A stretch of DNA of 64,000 nt, taken from positions 144,582 through 208,581 of the forward strand of contig BPJG01000001.1 of assembly GCA_026004495.1 (NCBI GenBank), given 5' to 3'. The position numbers and the translations under genes were made by a program. A model generated the notes under the pieces. That model saw nothing but the letters and a program-made list of their open reading frames with translations. It searched no databases and was not told the origin of the DNA. The DNA is from Candidatus Parcubacteria bacterium (lineage in GTDB: Bacteria; Patescibacteriota; Minisyncoccia; UBA6257; HR35). Shown piece by piece: positions 62,190-64,000 of the stretch. Every line of letters starts with the position of its first letter. Position 1 is the stretch's first letter.

Positions 62190-64000
62190 TCAGGGAGTTA
62201 AAATTAGAGGATTATAATCATTATATAAAATTATGCCTGATTTAGCCGGAATAGTAATCGTGGCATTGGTTGATGATGCTGTATAAGTATTACCACTAAA
62301 GTATTCTCTATAAAAATTAAAGGGTTCCTCTTCCCAATTTATTATATAACTAAATGGAGTATTAGGAGAAGAATTAAAAATAATCTTACCTCTTTCATAT
62401 TTTCTTTCATATACATACCAACCATCGGAATTTGTAGCAATAATCATTTGATTGATATTATTTACATTTAATGGATTGCCAAGATTAATAAACATCGAAT
62501 CTGGATAGCATTGAGGTACGCCATATTTATTTGCATCATAGCCATCGATTGTTCCTGCTGGTACTAAAGATACATAAACATTAGGATTATTCACTAAATA
62601 GAATGATGAAACAATAGATCTAATAATTGGTTGAGTATCAGTACAATTTCTTGCTGGACCGCTCGAAGTACCACCAATATTATAATGAGGATAACCTGCT
62701 ACTAAAAATATTAAACCCAATTTTTGATTTTCAACAACGTTTCTAAAGAGAGAATGCAAACTACTTGAATTACCTGGATAATTGAAATATTCAGGATTAT
62801 ATAACCAACCTTCATTCATATAACCTCCCAGATTAAATTTTAAATATGGACTACTAGGACTTAGTGAACCATAGCCAACATTTACAAAATAATTTTTAAG
62901 AGGATATAAATTTGTTGCTATATTTTTAAAATAATTATAGAGATTAATTGATTTTAAATCAGAACGTGCGCTTCCTTGAGAGCCAAAATTATCTATAAAT
63001 AAAAAATCTGGATATAAATAAGAAGTAACGCCAAAAGATATACTAAATCTATAAAAGAATTTTTTAATAAGATCTTGAAAGTTATCTTTATAATGAGTAA
63101 CGGAAACCACATAATTAGTACCACCATAAGGATAATCATAATAATTAACTAAACTATCTCTTAACGATAAATAGTCAGGATTTTTCGAATTTGGATGTAT
63201 TCTATAAGTTATATGATCCAGATGTACATTAGTATTAGTAGCAATCTGAATATCATCAAATAAATTAATTATCTCAGCAATGCCTTGAGGTGCTCTATAT
63301 TTATCAAAAGTACTTGAATTATATTTACGATATCTATGAAATGTTGAGGGTGAAATATAAAAAGAGTATTTAAAATTAACAGGATTAATTTCTTTAATTG
63401 TTAGATAAGTATGCCTGTAGCTATTAGTAAGCTTAATATTATCTTTATAAAATTTTATAAAATCATAATCCCCTACTAACCCCCAATCTGGAACATAGGT
63501 AAAAACTTCAGCAAAATTTAATGACGAAGATCTTTGAAGTGGTAGTTCTACACAATCATTATTTCTTAAGGCATAAATTTCTAAATCATCTAACCATAAT
63601 TTTAATTTTTTAAGCGAACTATTGTTGCTAATGATGAATTGAAATTCTATAACTAATCTTTCTAAATATCTAACATCATTGTGGATTTCATATCCGTAAG
63701 GAATGCTACCTGTTATTATTTCAATATTAGTGAAAGATCCTCTAGTCGTAGTTGGTATATAGTAATTAATAATATCTCTACTTATTGTTGTTTGACCACT
63801 ACTAGTATTAATAGCCCATCTTCCGTAAACTCTTAATTTTACATCAATATTTTGAATTTCATCAAATCTATAATTTAGTTTAATTTTTAATTGATCACCA
63901 CTCTTAATATAATAATCTCTGGTTTCAGTAGTTATCCTATCAGGAGAAAGCCAAATTGAATTATATAAAACATAATTAGTAAAGGTTGAAGTTGTTTCAG
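62190..64000 (-). CDS. Secreted hypothetical protein (5'-partial), paralog of 2182..4284
   Basis: Frame appears open past 63110 toward the window end; YYIKSGDQLKI, LWLDDL, SSLNFAEVF, GYMNEGW, SSFYLVNN match the paralog. Confidence 0.7.
   Translation of the reverse strand, partial: ETTSTFTNYVLYNSIWLSPDRITTETRDYYIKSGDQLKIKLNYRFDEIQNIDVKLRVYGRWAINTSSGQTTISRDIINYYIPTTTRGSFTNIEIITGSIPYGYEIHNDVRYLERLVIEFQFIISNNSSLKKLKLWLDDLEIYALRNNDCVELPLQRSSSLNFAEVFTYVPDWGLVGDYDFIKFYKDNIKLTNSYRHTYLTIKEINPVNFKYSFYISPSTFHRYRKYNSSTFDKYRAPQGIAEIINLFDDIQIATNTNVHLDHITYRIHPNSKNPDYLSLRDSLVNYYDYPYGGTNYVVSVTHYKDNFQDLIKKFFYRFSISFGVTSYLYPDFLFIDNFGSQGSARSDLKSINLYNYFKNIATNLYPLKNYFVNVGYGSLSPSSPYLKFNLGGYMNEGWLYNPEYFNYPGNSSSLHSLFRNVVENQKLGLIFLVAGYPHYNIGGTSSGPARNCTDTQPIIRSIVSSFYLVNNPNVYVSLVPAGTIDGYDANKYGVPQCYPDSMFINLGNPLNVNNINQMIIATNSDGWYVYERKYERGKIIFNSSPNTPFSYIINWEEEPFNFYREYFSGNTYTASSTNATITIPAKSGIILYNDYNPLILTP

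Overview
Very AT-rich bacterial DNA using genetic code 11 (RF2 and tRNA-Trp(CCA) present; TGA used as stop). Gene content suggests a Patescibacteria/CPR (Parcubacteria-like) genome; this is an inference, not a marker-gene result. Housekeeping genes: recG, pcm, arfB-like, gatC, ftsEX, prfB (programmed frameshift), 4 tRNAs, folD, Mg-type P-ATPase, rtcB, glyA, mltG, a full F1Fo operon, rpe, rplY, mraY/murA, CIRCE-hsp20-hrcA-grpE-dnaK-dnaJ, nrdJ + pduO. A ~10.5 kb cell-surface locus (33110-43646) encodes WxL-like, DUF916-like, dockerin and cohesin proteins, one with a near-identical 1647-bp internal duplication. The most striking unexplained signal is a set of inverted arrays of short repeats. They bracket a four-helix-bundle gene and a GxxExxY nuclease-fold gene. 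They also occur as an empty hairpin whose right arm encodes a signal peptide, and as in-frame palindromic inserts in a P-ATPase and in surface proteins. Also notable: a candidate ~90-nt sRNA with its own promoter, terminator and anti-SD motif; a UUU-UGA prfB shift site whose SD sits in a hairpin; and a recurring GGTCG leader motif. All calls were made by eye; no searches were run.
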